Assembly: GCA_002695035.1 (NCBI GenBank)
Contig: NZNU01000075.1
Coordinates: forward strand, 20,462 to 84,461
Origin: Micavibrio sp.
Lineage (GTDB): Bacteria; Pseudomonadota; Alphaproteobacteria; Micavibrionales; Micavibrionaceae
DNA length: 64,000 nucleotides
Direction: 5' to 3'
Below the pieces are notes generated by a model. That model was not told the origin of the DNA, did no database searches, and was given only the letters and a program-made list of their open reading frames with translations. Positions 51,997 through 62,013 of this stretch are shown here, piece after piece. The translations under genes and the position numbers were made by a program. Within the stretch, counting starts at the first letter, position 1. Every line of letters begins with the position of its first letter.

Positions 51997-52281
51997 TTAT
52001 TCTGCTGCTTTAGCAGTATCACCATCATTGGCGGGAACCACATTCACAACCGGGCGATTACCTTTTGTGCGTGTGAAAAGAACTTCGCCATCGACAAGTG
52101 AGAAAATTGTGTGGTCTTTACCAAGGCCTACATTTTTGCCTGGAATGTATTTTGTTCCGCGCTGGCGAACAAGAATATTTCCGGCAAGAACAATTTGTCC
52201 GCCATATCTTTTTACGCCAAGTCTGCGACCTTCTGAGTCGCGTCCGTTTCTGGAACTACCACCTGCTTTTTTATGTGCCAT
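51997..52281 (-). CDS. rpmA: 50S ribosomal protein L27
   Basis: [16 protein letters not shown] is a canonical N-terminus. Confidence 0.95.
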   Translation of the reverse strand: MAHKKAGGSSRNGRDSEGRRLGVKRYGGQIVLAGNILVRQRGTKYIPGKNVGLGKDHTIFSLVDGEVLFTRTKGNRPVVNVVPANDGDTAKAAE

Positions 52282-52331
52282 ATATAATCTCCTTTATTCT
52301 ATTAATAACAGTATATTAAACAGTTCAGCTA

Positions 52332-52640
52332 CTAAGCTGCCTTAACATCAGTGATGCGCAATACTGTTTTAGGTTGACGGTGTCCGCCTTTACGTCTTGA
52401 ATTTTGACGACGGCGCTTTTTAAAGATCACAACTTTTTTGTCGCGGCCTTGCTCGATAACTTCTGCAGTAATTTTAGCTGAAGCTTTTTCACCGATTTTG
52501 GATGTTTTTCCATCGGAGAATAAAAGGACATCGTCAAGAGTAACCTTGTCGCCTTCCTTACCATCCATTTTTTCAACGCGGATGACGTCACCTTTTTGGA
52601 CTTTATACTGTTTTCCGCCAGTTCTTACGATCGCGTACAT
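52332..52640 (-). CDS. rplU: 50S ribosomal protein L21
   Basis: [14 protein letters not shown] is a canonical N-terminus. Confidence 0.95.
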   Translation of the reverse strand: MYAIVRTGGKQYKVQKGDVIRVEKMDGKEGDKVTLDDVLLFSDGKTSKIGEKASAKITAEVIEQGRDKKVVIFKKRRRQNSRRKGGHRQPKTVLRITDVKAA

Positions 52641-52697
52641 ATCACGAACCTCTTAGTTAGGGTTAAGGGTTGTCTTTTTATTTATTATTGAGGAACG

Positions 52698-52727
52698 CTT
52701 ATACCTGTAAATATAAACACTTGTCAA
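52698..52727 (-). promoter_or_regulatory. Putative sigma70 promoter for rplU-rpmA-obg
   Basis: Minus strand reads TTGACA-N18-TATAAG, about 55 nt upstream of the rplU ATG. Confidence 0.35.
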
Positions 52728-52747
52728 TGAAAATAGACCTAAAGCAA

Positions 52748-53674
52748 TTAACGATACAAAATGGACAAATATTTCTCGGCCTTGTCACATAAAAAGGTCA
52801 AAACATTCCCCATTTCAGGATATTTTTGTTTTATCTTTTGTGCCGCCAAGTAATTACCGCCGGAAGAGGGACCAACAAAAAGTCCTTTATTACTAGCCAA
52901 TGATTTGCACGCTTCAATCGCATCCTCACCATCAATTTGTATAACGTCATCGACAAGGTCACGGTGGCGTTCATAAATAGAAGGCACAAAACCATCATTG
53001 ATGCCCTCAATACGATGTGTCTCAACAATTCCACTTGTCAGAGTAGGGGACTCAGATGGCTCCATCGCGAAAACTTTTAAGTCAGGATTGTGCCACTCCT
53101 TCAAGGCTTGCGCGACACCGATCAGTGTGCCGCCAGTTCCGACGCCTTGTACGATGGCATCAATTTTAATATTGCTCTTGTTGATTTGCTCAATAACTTC
53201 GCGGCCCAGCCACTCACGATTTTCCTCAACATTCCATTCACTGTCAAACTGGGCAGGACAATAAAAACCCTCTTTTTGGCCCTGCCTGATCGCATAGTCC
53301 TTGGCTTCATTAACATGGAAATAGCCCATATATTTAACCGTCGCACCAAATCCACGAGATATAAGCGTACGCTCATTCGTATATCCTTCGGGAATACACA
53401 CAATCATCTTATACCCCTTTGCAGCAGCAACCATTGAAAGCGCGTTACCTGTATTTCCGCTTGTTGACTCAATAATGGTCATTCCCGGCTTTAAAAGGCC
53501 TTCGTCTTCAGCCTTTTCAATCAAAAACTTGGCCATTCTTGCCTTTATAGACCCTGACGGGTTTAAAAATTCCGCCTTGGCAAAAACTCCATCACCTATG
53601 GATAAAAGAGGGGTATTGCCTATAGCATCCAATATGCTTGAGCTTAATTCGGGTGCGGGTGTAGAAGCTTTCAT
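52748..53674 (-). CDS. PLP-dependent cysteine synthase family protein
   Basis: Tryptophan-synthase-beta fold: NPSGSIKAR (PLP lysine), SSGNTGNAL and GVGTGGTLIG. Confidence 0.8.
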   Translation of the reverse strand: MKASTPAPELSSSILDAIGNTPLLSIGDGVFAKAEFLNPSGSIKARMAKFLIEKAEDEGLLKPGMTIIESTSGNTGNALSMVAAAKGYKMIVCIPEGYTNERTLISRGFGATVKYMGYFHVNEAKDYAIRQGQKEGFYCPAQFDSEWNVEENREWLGREVIEQINKSNIKIDAIVQGVGTGGTLIGVAQALKEWHNPDLKVFAMEPSESPTLTSGIVETHRIEGINDGFVPSIYERHRDLVDDVIQIDGEDAIEACKSLASNKGLFVGPSSGGNYLAAQKIKQKYPEMGNVLTFLCDKAEKYLSILYR

Positions 53675-53793
53675 TTGCGGTATCTCAACAGAAATAGAGT
53701 GTTAACATCAGAACGCACACAATACGTTGCCCGTGACGTCTATTCCAGAAAAAATTATGTGCACATGCAGCGCGGTTGAGGGAAGCTTTTTTG

Positions 53794-53822
53794 TTGACAT
53801 ATATCGCCCCAGCCTTTAATAA
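53794..53822 (+). promoter_or_regulatory. Putative sigma70 promoter for the SDR-DLH-HAD operon
   Basis: TTGACA-N17-TAATAA, about 35 nt upstream of the ATG at 53858. Confidence 0.35.
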
Positions 53823-53857
53823 GTTCATTAATTACATAAGATAAAAAAGGCAGGTTT

Positions 53858-54922
53858 ATGAATAGTGCTGTAGAAAAAAGCAGGTATTGGGGTTTAACTG
53901 ATGTCGCTAGCGATCTGGATTTCACAGGTCAAAATGTTTTAGTCACAGGAGGCGCCGCCGGAATTGGCGCTGATAAAGTCAAAGCTCTCCATACACTTGG
54001 CGCAAATGTCATTACACTGGATATTCAGGAGAAAGCCCTCGAAGAGCTTAAAGCGAAGCTTGGAGGAGACAGAATTACGACTATCCCCTGTGATCTCAGC
54101 CAAAACGATCCGAAAGCTTATGAAGAACTAGCTAAAAAAATCACAGAAGCGTCCCCAAATGGCTTAATTGACGGATATATAATGAATGCAGGTGTCGTTA
54201 AGCTGACAGATATTAACACTCATAACACTGTCGCAAACACACCAATGTCTGAATTTGAGAAAATGGTGCAGATTAATGCACTTTCTCATATCGCAATCTA
54301 TCAGCAGCTTAGAGAACATTTTGCACACCATGCACGGTTACTGGTTACAAGCTCACCAATAGTCGGGCGCGCAGACCCAAAAACAGCAGGCTATTCCGTA
54401 ACCAAGCGCATGATGGATTCGTTTGCAAATAATATCGCCGCCGAACTGAGTGGCACAGATATGATGATTGCGGGTTATGTACCACCTCCCGTGCAAAACT
54501 TTTTACGTCGTGATTTAAAGCCTAATGAACCTTTGCACGCACATCCTCACGGCGAAGACATTGTAGAAATACCTTTAAGACTTCTGTCTCCAACCGTAAG
54601 ATCCGATTTTAACGGCAAGGTCATCGCATATGGTTATGATAATTTGCGTGAAAAATCCGGCAAACTGGCTGATGGCAGATCATATGACTATATGCCCCGC
54701 AATCTTGATGATAACGGGTTTATATACAACTTATTCACCCGTGATTTTGATAACGGTGGCGGCGATGGAGGCGATTTATTCATGCAGGGTTATAGCACTC
54801 ACGCGATGAGAGAGATTATGGATCTTGGTACAACACCGGATATGGACACGGATCAACTCCTTAAGGATGTATATAAAACACCTGATCATATAGCTAAAAA
54901 CCGAAACCAGGGCCCAAAATAG
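53858..54922 (+). CDS. SDR-family oxidoreductase with ~110-aa C-terminal extension
   Basis: TGGAAGIG cofactor motif, NAGV and catalytic YSVTK. The extra C-terminal region has no recognised family. Confidence 0.7.
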   Translation: MNSAVEKSRYWGLTDVASDLDFTGQNVLVTGGAAGIGADKVKALHTLGANVITLDIQEKALEELKAKLGGDRITTIPCDLSQNDPKAYEELAKKITEASPNGLIDGYIMNAGVVKLTDINTHNTVANTPMSEFEKMVQINALSHIAIYQQLREHFAHHARLLVTSSPIVGRADPKTAGYSVTKRMMDSFANNIAAELSGTDMMIAGYVPPPVQNFLRRDLKPNEPLHAHPHGEDIVEIPLRLLSPTVRSDFNGKVIAYGYDNLREKSGKLADGRSYDYMPRNLDDNGFIYNLFTRDFDNGGGDGGDLFMQGYSTHAMREIMDLGTTPDMDTDQLLKDVYKTPDHIAKNRNQGPK

Positions 54923-54934
54923 GAGTAAATAATC

Positions 54935-55867
54935 ATGACTCTTGATACGTTAATAGCCGAACAAGACGGCAAAAAGTTTAAAGGCTATCTTAGCGTTCCA
55001 AAATCAGAGGGGCCTGTACCTGCACTTATACTTATGCATGAAGTCTATGGTGTAAACAGCGGCATCAGACAGCTTGCTGATCGTTTTGCAGAAGAGGGAT
55101 TTCTTACACTTTGTCCCAACATGTATTGGAAACATGACGAAGATGCAGGCTTTGAATACCAAAAACTAGGGCAACCGAATTCCAAGACACTGGAAAGGAA
55201 AAGATACGAAGCGCGCGAGCTTATGTTCAAATTCGTTGAAGGTGATGAAACAAAAATAGAAAAAGGTATTGAGGACGTTCTTGAATCCATCAACCTTGCA
55301 GCGGCCTTCCTGAGAGCGCATGAGAAATGTGATGGAACAGTTGCCTCGTCAGGATTGTGTTTTGGTGCACGAAACACATGCCTTGCTATAAATCGCGGCG
55401 CTGATATTGATGCTGGCGTGGCCCTTTACCCCACGCCAAAAATCGGCGAAGTCTTTCCACAGAAAAAAGAGTATCTGGATCCAACACGCTTTATGGCGAA
55501 ACCCCTTCTTATCACTATTGGTGGTGAGGACCCCTATATATCACAAAGGGATAAAAGCCAGTTAATGGGCTTTGCCAGCAGAAACTATATTTACACAGCA
55601 GGTCTGTCAGAGCCCCTCACAAGCGGAGGCGGATTTGCAGGAGACCAGAATATGGTTACCCTGTATTACGGCAATAATGGACATGGCTGGAACAGACCTA
55701 ACAGCAGTTATTATGATGAAGGGACATCAGAGCACACAATCAAATGTGCAACAGAATTTTTGCGCAAAGCAATGTCCACTGACATGAAAGCAAATCAAAT
55801 TATCTCAGGCACAAATGCAACCGAGATGCCGAAATCCGAAACGTATCAGCCCACGCATAAATTATAA
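54935..55867 (+). CDS. Dienelactone hydrolase family protein
   Basis: LILMHEVYGVN start and nucleophile elbow GLCFGA (Cys nucleophile, as in DLH). Confidence 0.7.
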   Translation: MTLDTLIAEQDGKKFKGYLSVPKSEGPVPALILMHEVYGVNSGIRQLADRFAEEGFLTLCPNMYWKHDEDAGFEYQKLGQPNSKTLERKRYEARELMFKFVEGDETKIEKGIEDVLESINLAAAFLRAHEKCDGTVASSGLCFGARNTCLAINRGADIDAGVALYPTPKIGEVFPQKKEYLDPTRFMAKPLLITIGGEDPYISQRDKSQLMGFASRNYIYTAGLSEPLTSGGGFAGDQNMVTLYYGNNGHGWNRPNSSYYDEGTSEHTIKCATEFLRKAMSTDMKANQIISGTNATEMPKSETYQPTHKL

Positions 55868-55875
55868 GGCTTGTC

Positions 55876-56709
55876 ATGCAGGATCTGATTAACTGGATTA
55901 AGACAACTGGCATGGAAAAGATAATCTGGGCAACAGATCTGGATTTGACCGTTTTAGATTCTCATAAGGACCCGACGGCTGTCAGCGCACCTGACGGTGT
56001 TGAAGAGCACTTTAAAAGACTTAACGAGCTCACAAATGACCGTTTCTTTATCATAACCGGGCGAGATATGGCCTATGTTGACAAGCTTTTTCCCAACACT
56101 TCATTCCGCTCATCATGTGAATACCATAACATGGTACGATTTGACACAACAGGTGTCGTTCATGAACCGAATCCGCGTCCTAAATGGAGCTTAATTGACA
56201 AGGAGCTTGAACATCTAACAAAACAACACCCCGGATTGACCTTCAGAAGCAAACCATTTATGCGGTCAATGCATTATACCCATGCTGCCAGCCTCGCAAA
56301 TGATCCATCAGCCAAAGATGCAGTCGTTCAAAAAATACAGACACTTCTGGACTTTCATGAAGCAAGTACGGGTCAAAAACTTGAAAACATAGATGGCGGA
56401 TCAGTATTTGACCTGGCACCGTTTGGCTCTACAAAAAAAACAGCATATGAGGCCATCTTAAAGCTAACAAAAGCAAAAGAAAATGACCTGATCCCAATTT
56501 ACTTTGGCGACAGCCCCGGTGATATCCCAGCCGCAAAAGTGGTTCGCGACAATGGTGGCATTTTCATATCAGTTGGAAGTGATGAAAGATTGCAACCCTA
56601 TGCTGACTTTGAATTAAAAAATCCAGCTGAATGTCGTGACCTAATTAAAGAGGTCGCATCCTGGAGCAAAAAAGATCCAAAACCTTCTAAAGAACCAAAA
56701 GCGCCCTAA
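55876..56709 (+). CDS. HAD-IIB phosphatase, trehalose-phosphatase (OtsB)-like
   Basis: Motif I DLDLT, ITGRD and motif IV GDSPGD, with a cap-domain layout like OtsB. Confidence 0.6.
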   Translation: MQDLINWIKTTGMEKIIWATDLDLTVLDSHKDPTAVSAPDGVEEHFKRLNELTNDRFFIITGRDMAYVDKLFPNTSFRSSCEYHNMVRFDTTGVVHEPNPRPKWSLIDKELEHLTKQHPGLTFRSKPFMRSMHYTHAASLANDPSAKDAVVQKIQTLLDFHEASTGQKLENIDGGSVFDLAPFGSTKKTAYEAILKLTKAKENDLIPIYFGDSPGDIPAAKVVRDNGGIFISVGSDERLQPYADFELKNPAECRDLIKEVASWSKKDPKPSKEPKAP

Positions 56710-57940
56710 AGTCGTTAACATTTGTCCGTGTAGGTCCTGTTTTTATTAATGTCCCCAGTTTTTCAAAAAGACTGTACGCGTCATTATTTTCCAAATATGC
56801 TCTACAATTTAAACCCATATCCTTGGCTCTCTCCCAACATTGAGGCGTAAAATATGCTCCGGCATTATCCTCGCTTCCATCAATGCCATCCGTATCACAA
56901 GCAATGCCATATATGCGAGGGTGCCCACTGGAATTAATGAGGGCGGATAATAAATATTCAGCATTTCGACCGCCGCGACCATCACCCTTAACAGTTACCG
57001 TCGTTTCACCACCCGATATTAAAAGCGCAGATTGGGCATCATTCTCTTGCCTTAAAGCCATGTTGACATGATCTTTTGCCACAACTCTTGCTTCGCCCTC
57101 AATATCATCTCCCAAAATTGTGACACTTAGGTCTTTTGATTTGGCGATATCCGCGGCTGCCGACAACGATTTACCTGCCTTTGCAATTATATGAACCTCA
57201 TTCCTCTCAAAAAATGCCTCTTTGCCTTTGGGGGTTTCGTTGGTAGCATCACTTAAATAAGCCATAACCTTATCAGATATCGGAATTTTATAATCATCAA
57301 TTATTTCAATAGTCTGACTGAGAGTTGTTGGATCAGGCAAAGTGGGGCCAGAGGCAATAGCACTTGATTCATCTCCGGGAATGTCGGAAATCAGATATGT
57401 CATAAGTTTTGCAGGAGCAACCGCCTCAGCCAGCCTGCCGCCTTTGATAGATGATAGATGCTTGCGAACTGTATTCATTTTCTGGATAGGTGCACCAGAC
57501 TTAAGCAGCGCCCTGTTGATTTCCCGCTTTTCATCCGCGGAAAGGCAGGACGCCGGCAGGGACAAAAGCGATGATCCCCCACCAGAAATTAAGGCTATTA
57601 CAGCATCACCTTCACCCAGGCCCTTCACCAGCTCCAGAATTTGTTTTGCTACCCTCTCGCCAGCATCATCAGGGACAGGGTGAGCGGCTTCAATAATTTT
57701 AATTCTGGAGCAAGGCTGGTGATACCCATAGCGTGTAACTACAACACCCTCCATCTGAACATCCGGCCATTCTTTTTCCAAGGCTTGCGCCATAGCTGCC
57801 GAGGCTTTTCCTGCGCCAATCACAACAACGCGTCCCTTGGGAGGTGTAGGCAGATATTCAGCAAGACATTTTGAAGGATCTGCAGTATCTACAGCCACGT
57901 GAAATAAATTTTGTAAAAATTCTACGGGGTTTTCTATCAC
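56687..57940 (-). CDS. Glycerate 2-kinase / hydroxypyruvate reductase family (DUF4147 + MOFRL, TtuD-like)
   Basis: VIGAGKASAAMA, GGETTVTVKGDGRGGRNAE and GTDGIDG...TNVND. Confidence 0.85.
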   Translation of the reverse strand: MIENPVEFLQNLFHVAVDTADPSKCLAEYLPTPPKGRVVVIGAGKASAAMAQALEKEWPDVQMEGVVVTRYGYHQPCSRIKIIEAAHPVPDDAGERVAKQILELVKGLGEGDAVIALISGGGSSLLSLPASCLSADEKREINRALLKSGAPIQKMNTVRKHLSSIKGGRLAEAVAPAKLMTYLISDIPGDESSAIASGPTLPDPTTLSQTIEIIDDYKIPISDKVMAYLSDATNETPKGKEAFFERNEVHIIAKAGKSLSAAADIAKSKDLSVTILGDDIEGEARVVAKDHVNMALRQENDAQSALLISGGETTVTVKGDGRGGRNAEYLLSALINSSGHPRIYGIACDTDGIDGSEDNAGAYFTPQCWERAKDMGLNCRAYLENNDAYSLFEKLGTLIKTGPTRTNVNDFRALLVL

Positions 57941-58716
57941 AGCGCTCTTACATGACCATCAACACTTATGGACTGTCCGGAAATATTCTTACCCAATGGA
58001 GAGCAGAGGAAAAGTATCTGGTTTGCAACATCCTCGGCTGTCACCATTCGGCGTAGAGAAGCCATATCTTTATATTTTTGATTCATATCTTCAAAAGATA
58101 CATTCTCATTTTCGGCGCGCGCCCGGATAACAGCTTCAATTCTGGGGCCCTCAACTATGCCAGGGAGGATACTGTTTACCCGTATACCATCTACGCCCAG
58201 TTCTTGCGCCAAACTCTCCGCCAAACCCCTTATAGCCCATTTTGTGGCCGCATAAGGTGTGCGGTTTGCATAAGCCAACCTTCCGGCTATAGAAGACATG
58301 CAAATGATCGAGGCATTATCTGATTTACGAAGTAGGGGGGCTGCATATTTCGCGCAATAAAACTGCCCGTTCAAATTGATATCAATTGTTTTACGCCAAT
58401 GTTCAGTGTCTATTTGGTCAACACCACCCGTGGGGCCCGCAATTCCAGCATTATTGATAAGTATGTCAACACCACCTAGAAATGAATTTGCCTCATCAAA
58501 AAGCTTCTGAACCTGCGTTTCGTCAGAGACGTCACATTTGCTTTGCCCCCAATGTGGGTGTTTACTCTGACATTCATCCAGTGCCTCGTCAGAGACATCA
58601 CATATATGGATTTTTGCCCCTTGTTCATCAAAAGCGCGGGCCACGGCGTAACCGATACCGGATGCGCCCGCCGTAATAACAACTCTTACACCATCAATAT
58701 AAAAACTAGTGTTCAT
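57937..58716 (-). CDS. SDR-family oxidoreductase
   Basis: TAGASGIG, NNAG and YAATK. There is a 4-nt overlap with the downstream glycerate kinase gene. Confidence 0.85.
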   Translation of the reverse strand: MNTSFYIDGVRVVITAGASGIGYAVARAFDEQGAKIHICDVSDEALDECQSKHPHWGQSKCDVSDETQVQKLFDEANSFLGGVDILINNAGIAGPTGGVDQIDTEHWRKTIDINLNGQFYCAKYAAPLLRKSDNASIICMSSIAGRLAYANRTPYAATKWAIRGLAESLAQELGVDGIRVNSILPGIVEGPRIEAVIRARAENENVSFEDMNQKYKDMASLRRMVTAEDVANQILFLCSPLGKNISGQSISVDGHVRAL

Positions 58717-58722
58717 AATAAT

Positions 58723-59679
58723 TTAAGCCGCTTTCTTATCAGAATAGTTTAGGTCTATTTTATCTACACCTTTAAGGTTTAGGATTTCGCGGGCTTCGGC
58801 AGGTGTTGCAATATCGAGCGAAAGCCCCTCAAGAACCTCACGAACTTTTCTGACTTGTTCAGCGCTTGATTTAGCAAGCTCACCAGGCCCGATCCATAAA
58901 GAATCTTCAAGTCCTACACGGACATTGGCACCCATCGCGGCACCTATGCCCGCAAGTTTCATCTGATGAGCGCCTGTACCCAGAATTGACCAGCGGTAAT
59001 CGTCACCAAAAAGCCTGTCAGCTGTGCGCTTCATATGCGCAAGATCCTCAGGGTGAGGGCCAATCCCGCCAAATATACCAAAAACGGATTGAATGAAGAA
59101 AGGTGGCTTAACCAACCCAGCATCGACAAAATGCTTCAAGTTGTATAGATGCCCGATGTCATAACATTCAAATTCAAATTTTGTCCCATTCTTCTCGCCC
59201 ATCTTCATCAGTGTTTCGATATCTTTAAATGTGTTTTTAAAGATAATTTCTTTATTTGACAGATGCGTCTTTTCCCAATCATATCTCAAATCTTCTTCAT
59301 AGCGGTTCAACATGGGAAATAGACCGAAATTTATTGTCCCCATATTCAAAGAGGCTAGCTCTGGCTTAAAGGTTGCGGCAGGGCGCATACGCTCTTCGAC
59401 AGTCATTTGGGGAGCGCCACCAGTCGTGATATTAATTACTGCGTCTGTTTCTTTTTGAATTTGCGGAAGGAAATCCATAAATAATGCCGGGTCTTGCGAT
59501 GGACGGCCATCTTCGGGGTTACGCGCGTGCAGATGTAAAACAGCAGCGCCAGCTTCCGCCGCAGCGAGGGAAGATTCCAATATTTCTTCAGCCGTAACAG
59601 GCAAATATTTTGACATTGAAGGCGTGTGTATTGCCCCGGTAGGGGCGCATGTAATAATGACCTTGCGACTTTTAGCCAT
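58723..59679 (-). CDS. 3-keto-5-aminohexanoate cleavage enzyme family (BKACE, DUF849)
   Basis: KVIITCAPTGAIHTPS...AVLHLHARNPEDGRPS... is a typical BKACE TIM barrel. Confidence 0.85.
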   Translation of the reverse strand: MAKSRKVIITCAPTGAIHTPSMSKYLPVTAEEILESSLAAAEAGAAVLHLHARNPEDGRPSQDPALFMDFLPQIQKETDAVINITTGGAPQMTVEERMRPAATFKPELASLNMGTINFGLFPMLNRYEEDLRYDWEKTHLSNKEIIFKNTFKDIETLMKMGEKNGTKFEFECYDIGHLYNLKHFVDAGLVKPPFFIQSVFGIFGGIGPHPEDLAHMKRTADRLFGDDYRWSILGTGAHQMKLAGIGAAMGANVRVGLEDSLWIGPGELAKSSAEQVRKVREVLEGLSLDIATPAEAREILNLKGVDKIDLNYSDKKAA

Positions 59680-59793
59680 GAAACTCTCCTTAAAATGTAA
59701 TTTATAAATTATTTATGCCATGACTTTTCTTAGCCCTCAAGCTGTACCGCAGCATTTGTTTTTTTAAAATTATAGCTTAATGAGAATATAAGT

Positions 59794-59821
59794 TTGACAT
59801 TATGTAATTTCTGTATATAGT
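59794..59821 (+). promoter_or_regulatory. Putative sigma70 promoter for the DEAD-box helicase gene
   Basis: TTGACA-N16-TATAGT. This would give a ~140-nt 5' UTR. Confidence 0.4.
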
Positions 59822-59966
59822 ACGCCTAAATTTAAAACGGCCATGGATTTACAGGCAGTTTTGGGGCCATCCTATAGTTCAAGATATTAGGGAGTGCCTA
59901 ATAGCTGAGAATATCTCCCAATTGTTTTAGTAAACAATCACTATCTAAATAACTAAAGGATACACT

Positions 59967-61502
59967 ATGACTTCATTTGAAGGCTTCGGCCTACACAAAA
60001 CCCTTGACCAATCATTGGCATCAATGGGTTTCGATACTCCTACACCAATTCAAAAAAATGCCATTCCGCTTGCCCTTGAAGGCAAGGATGTTTTGGGTTC
60101 GGCTCAAACCGGTACTGGAAAAACAGCGGCTTTTGCCATTCCCCTTGTAAATAAAATACTTAACAGTGATGACAGCATGGCTTTGGTCTTAACGCCAACA
60201 CGTGAACTTGCCAGACAGGTTATCGACACTGTGCATCAATTGCTTGGCCAAAAAAGCCCTGTAAAAACTGCATTCATTATAGGGGGAGAATCTATTGGAA
60301 AGCAGTTGGATAAACTGCGCCAAAAACCACGTATTATCGTAGGTACACCGGGGCGCGTTAATGATCATTTGCGCCGCAAATCTCTTAAGCTTGAAACGGC
60401 AGATATGCTGGTGCTGGATGAAACCGACCGAATGCTGGATATGGGCTTTGGCGTACAATTAGATGCCATTATCGAATACATGCCGCATGAACGTCAGACA
60501 TTGATGTTTTCAGCCACGGTTCCAGCTGAGATCGAGCGCCTTTCAAAGAAATACCTTAAAAATCCTGAACGCATAGAAATGGGAGAAGCCAACCAAACGG
60601 CCGAAAATGTGACCCATGATTTCATGCGCATAGACGATGTAGCTAAATATGATGAGCTTCGCGTTCAACTGGAATGCCGTCAAGGATCTGTCATTATTTT
60701 CATGAAAACCAAATACTCTACCGAGAAACTGGTTAAAAAACTGGCTAATGATGGCTACACAGCAGATGCCTTACATGGTGATCTGAAGCAGTCTCGTCGA
60801 GATCGGGTGTTGAAAAATTTCCGCAACAATAAATACCGTGTACTCGTGGCAACTGATGTGGCTGCACGCGGTCTGGACGTTCCCCATATTGAACACGTTA
60901 TAAACTATAACCTGCCACAAGTTGCCGAAGACTACATCCACAGGGTCGGTCGTACTGCCAGAGCAGGCGCAACAGGTTCAGCCTTGTCTTTTGTCTCACC
61001 GCAGGAACAAAGACTTTGGCGCGCCATTGAAATCATGCTTAACCCCGATATGAAGAAGTCCCATTTCGATAATGATAACGGACCAAAGAAAAAAGGTCGC
61101 GGCAAAGGAAAAGGTAAATCCGGCGGTAACCCTTACGTTAAAACTAAAGGTGGCAAAAATCAGCGTTTTCATCGCAAGAATAAGGATGAAAATAGTAATG
61201 CTGCAAGCGAAGGAAAAGGTGAATTTAAGCCAAAATCCAGAAGAACAAAGAATTTTCAGGATAAACCAAGAACAGACAAGCCTAAGTCATCTTCTGATCA
61301 ACAGGATAAGCCAAAAAGTTTCTCGAAAGGCTATAAGGGCAAAGGCGGAAATACTTCTTTCGTTAAAAAGAAGGAAGGCTTTAAAAAATCCGGAAAGCCA
61401 GCCCAAGGCAATTTTAAAGGCAGAGGAAAACCATCAAGTAAATCTGGCGGAAAACCTCAGGGCCAAAAGTCAGGTTTCAAGAAAACACATAAGGCCGGAT
61501 AA
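59967..61502 (+). CDS. DEAD-box ATP-dependent RNA helicase with K/G-rich C-terminal tail
   Basis: Q motif (F..F.L...L......G...PTPIQ), AQTGTGKT, PTRELA, DEAD-type box VLDETD, SAT and HRVGRTARAG. The ~140-aa tail is basic and low-complexity. Confidence 0.9.
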   Translation: MTSFEGFGLHKTLDQSLASMGFDTPTPIQKNAIPLALEGKDVLGSAQTGTGKTAAFAIPLVNKILNSDDSMALVLTPTRELARQVIDTVHQLLGQKSPVKTAFIIGGESIGKQLDKLRQKPRIIVGTPGRVNDHLRRKSLKLETADMLVLDETDRMLDMGFGVQLDAIIEYMPHERQTLMFSATVPAEIERLSKKYLKNPERIEMGEANQTAENVTHDFMRIDDVAKYDELRVQLECRQGSVIIFMKTKYSTEKLVKKLANDGYTADALHGDLKQSRRDRVLKNFRNNKYRVLVATDVAARGLDVPHIEHVINYNLPQVAEDYIHRVGRTARAGATGSALSFVSPQEQRLWRAIEIMLNPDMKKSHFDNDNGPKKKGRGKGKGKSGGNPYVKTKGGKNQRFHRKNKDENSNAASEGKGEFKPKSRRTKNFQDKPRTDKPKSSSDQQDKPKSFSKGYKGKGGNTSFVKKKEGFKKSGKPAQGNFKGRGKPSSKSGGKPQGQKSGFKKTHKAG

Positions 61503-61519
61503 AGGGATTTTGCGGGGGC

Positions 61520-61933
61520 TTATAGAAGCTTTGCATGCTCAACAGCTATGCATTTATCCATGACAACCGTCAGACCCGCATTGCTGGCAATTCGATAAGC
61601 CTCCTCATTATAAACTCCAAGCTGAAGCCATAGGAATCTGGCTTTAGCTTCTACAGCCTGTCTGGCCACTTCCGGTGTCGCAGCAGGGCGCCTGAAAACA
61701 TTCACCATATCAATTTGTTCCGGAATGTCCTGCAAGCTGCCAAAACACTTCTCTCCATGTACGATATCTTCATTTGGGTTAACCGGATAAACTTTATAGC
61801 CCACGTTCATAAGGGCTTGCATTATACGGTTAGCGGGGCGGGAAGGATCTGATGATGCGCCTATGAGGGCAATTTTTGCGGTATCCTCCAGCATGGATTT
61901 TAAAATATCAGACGAGGGGTGTTTGTAAGTCAT
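61520..61933 (-). CDS. CoA-binding protein (YccU-like)
   Basis: IALIGASSDPSRPANR...GYKVYPVNP. Confidence 0.8.
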   Translation of the reverse strand: MTYKHPSSDILKSMLEDTAKIALIGASSDPSRPANRIMQALMNVGYKVYPVNPNEDIVHGEKCFGSLQDIPEQIDMVNVFRRPAATPEVARQAVEAKARFLWLQLGVYNEEAYRIASNAGLTVVMDKCIAVEHAKLL

Positions 61934-62013
61934 ATATAAAATATAAGCTTTTATGATTATTAGAAAAGTGTTTGCCTTGGCTTTTTCTTTTAAACGGCTT
62001 ATATTCTACCCCC

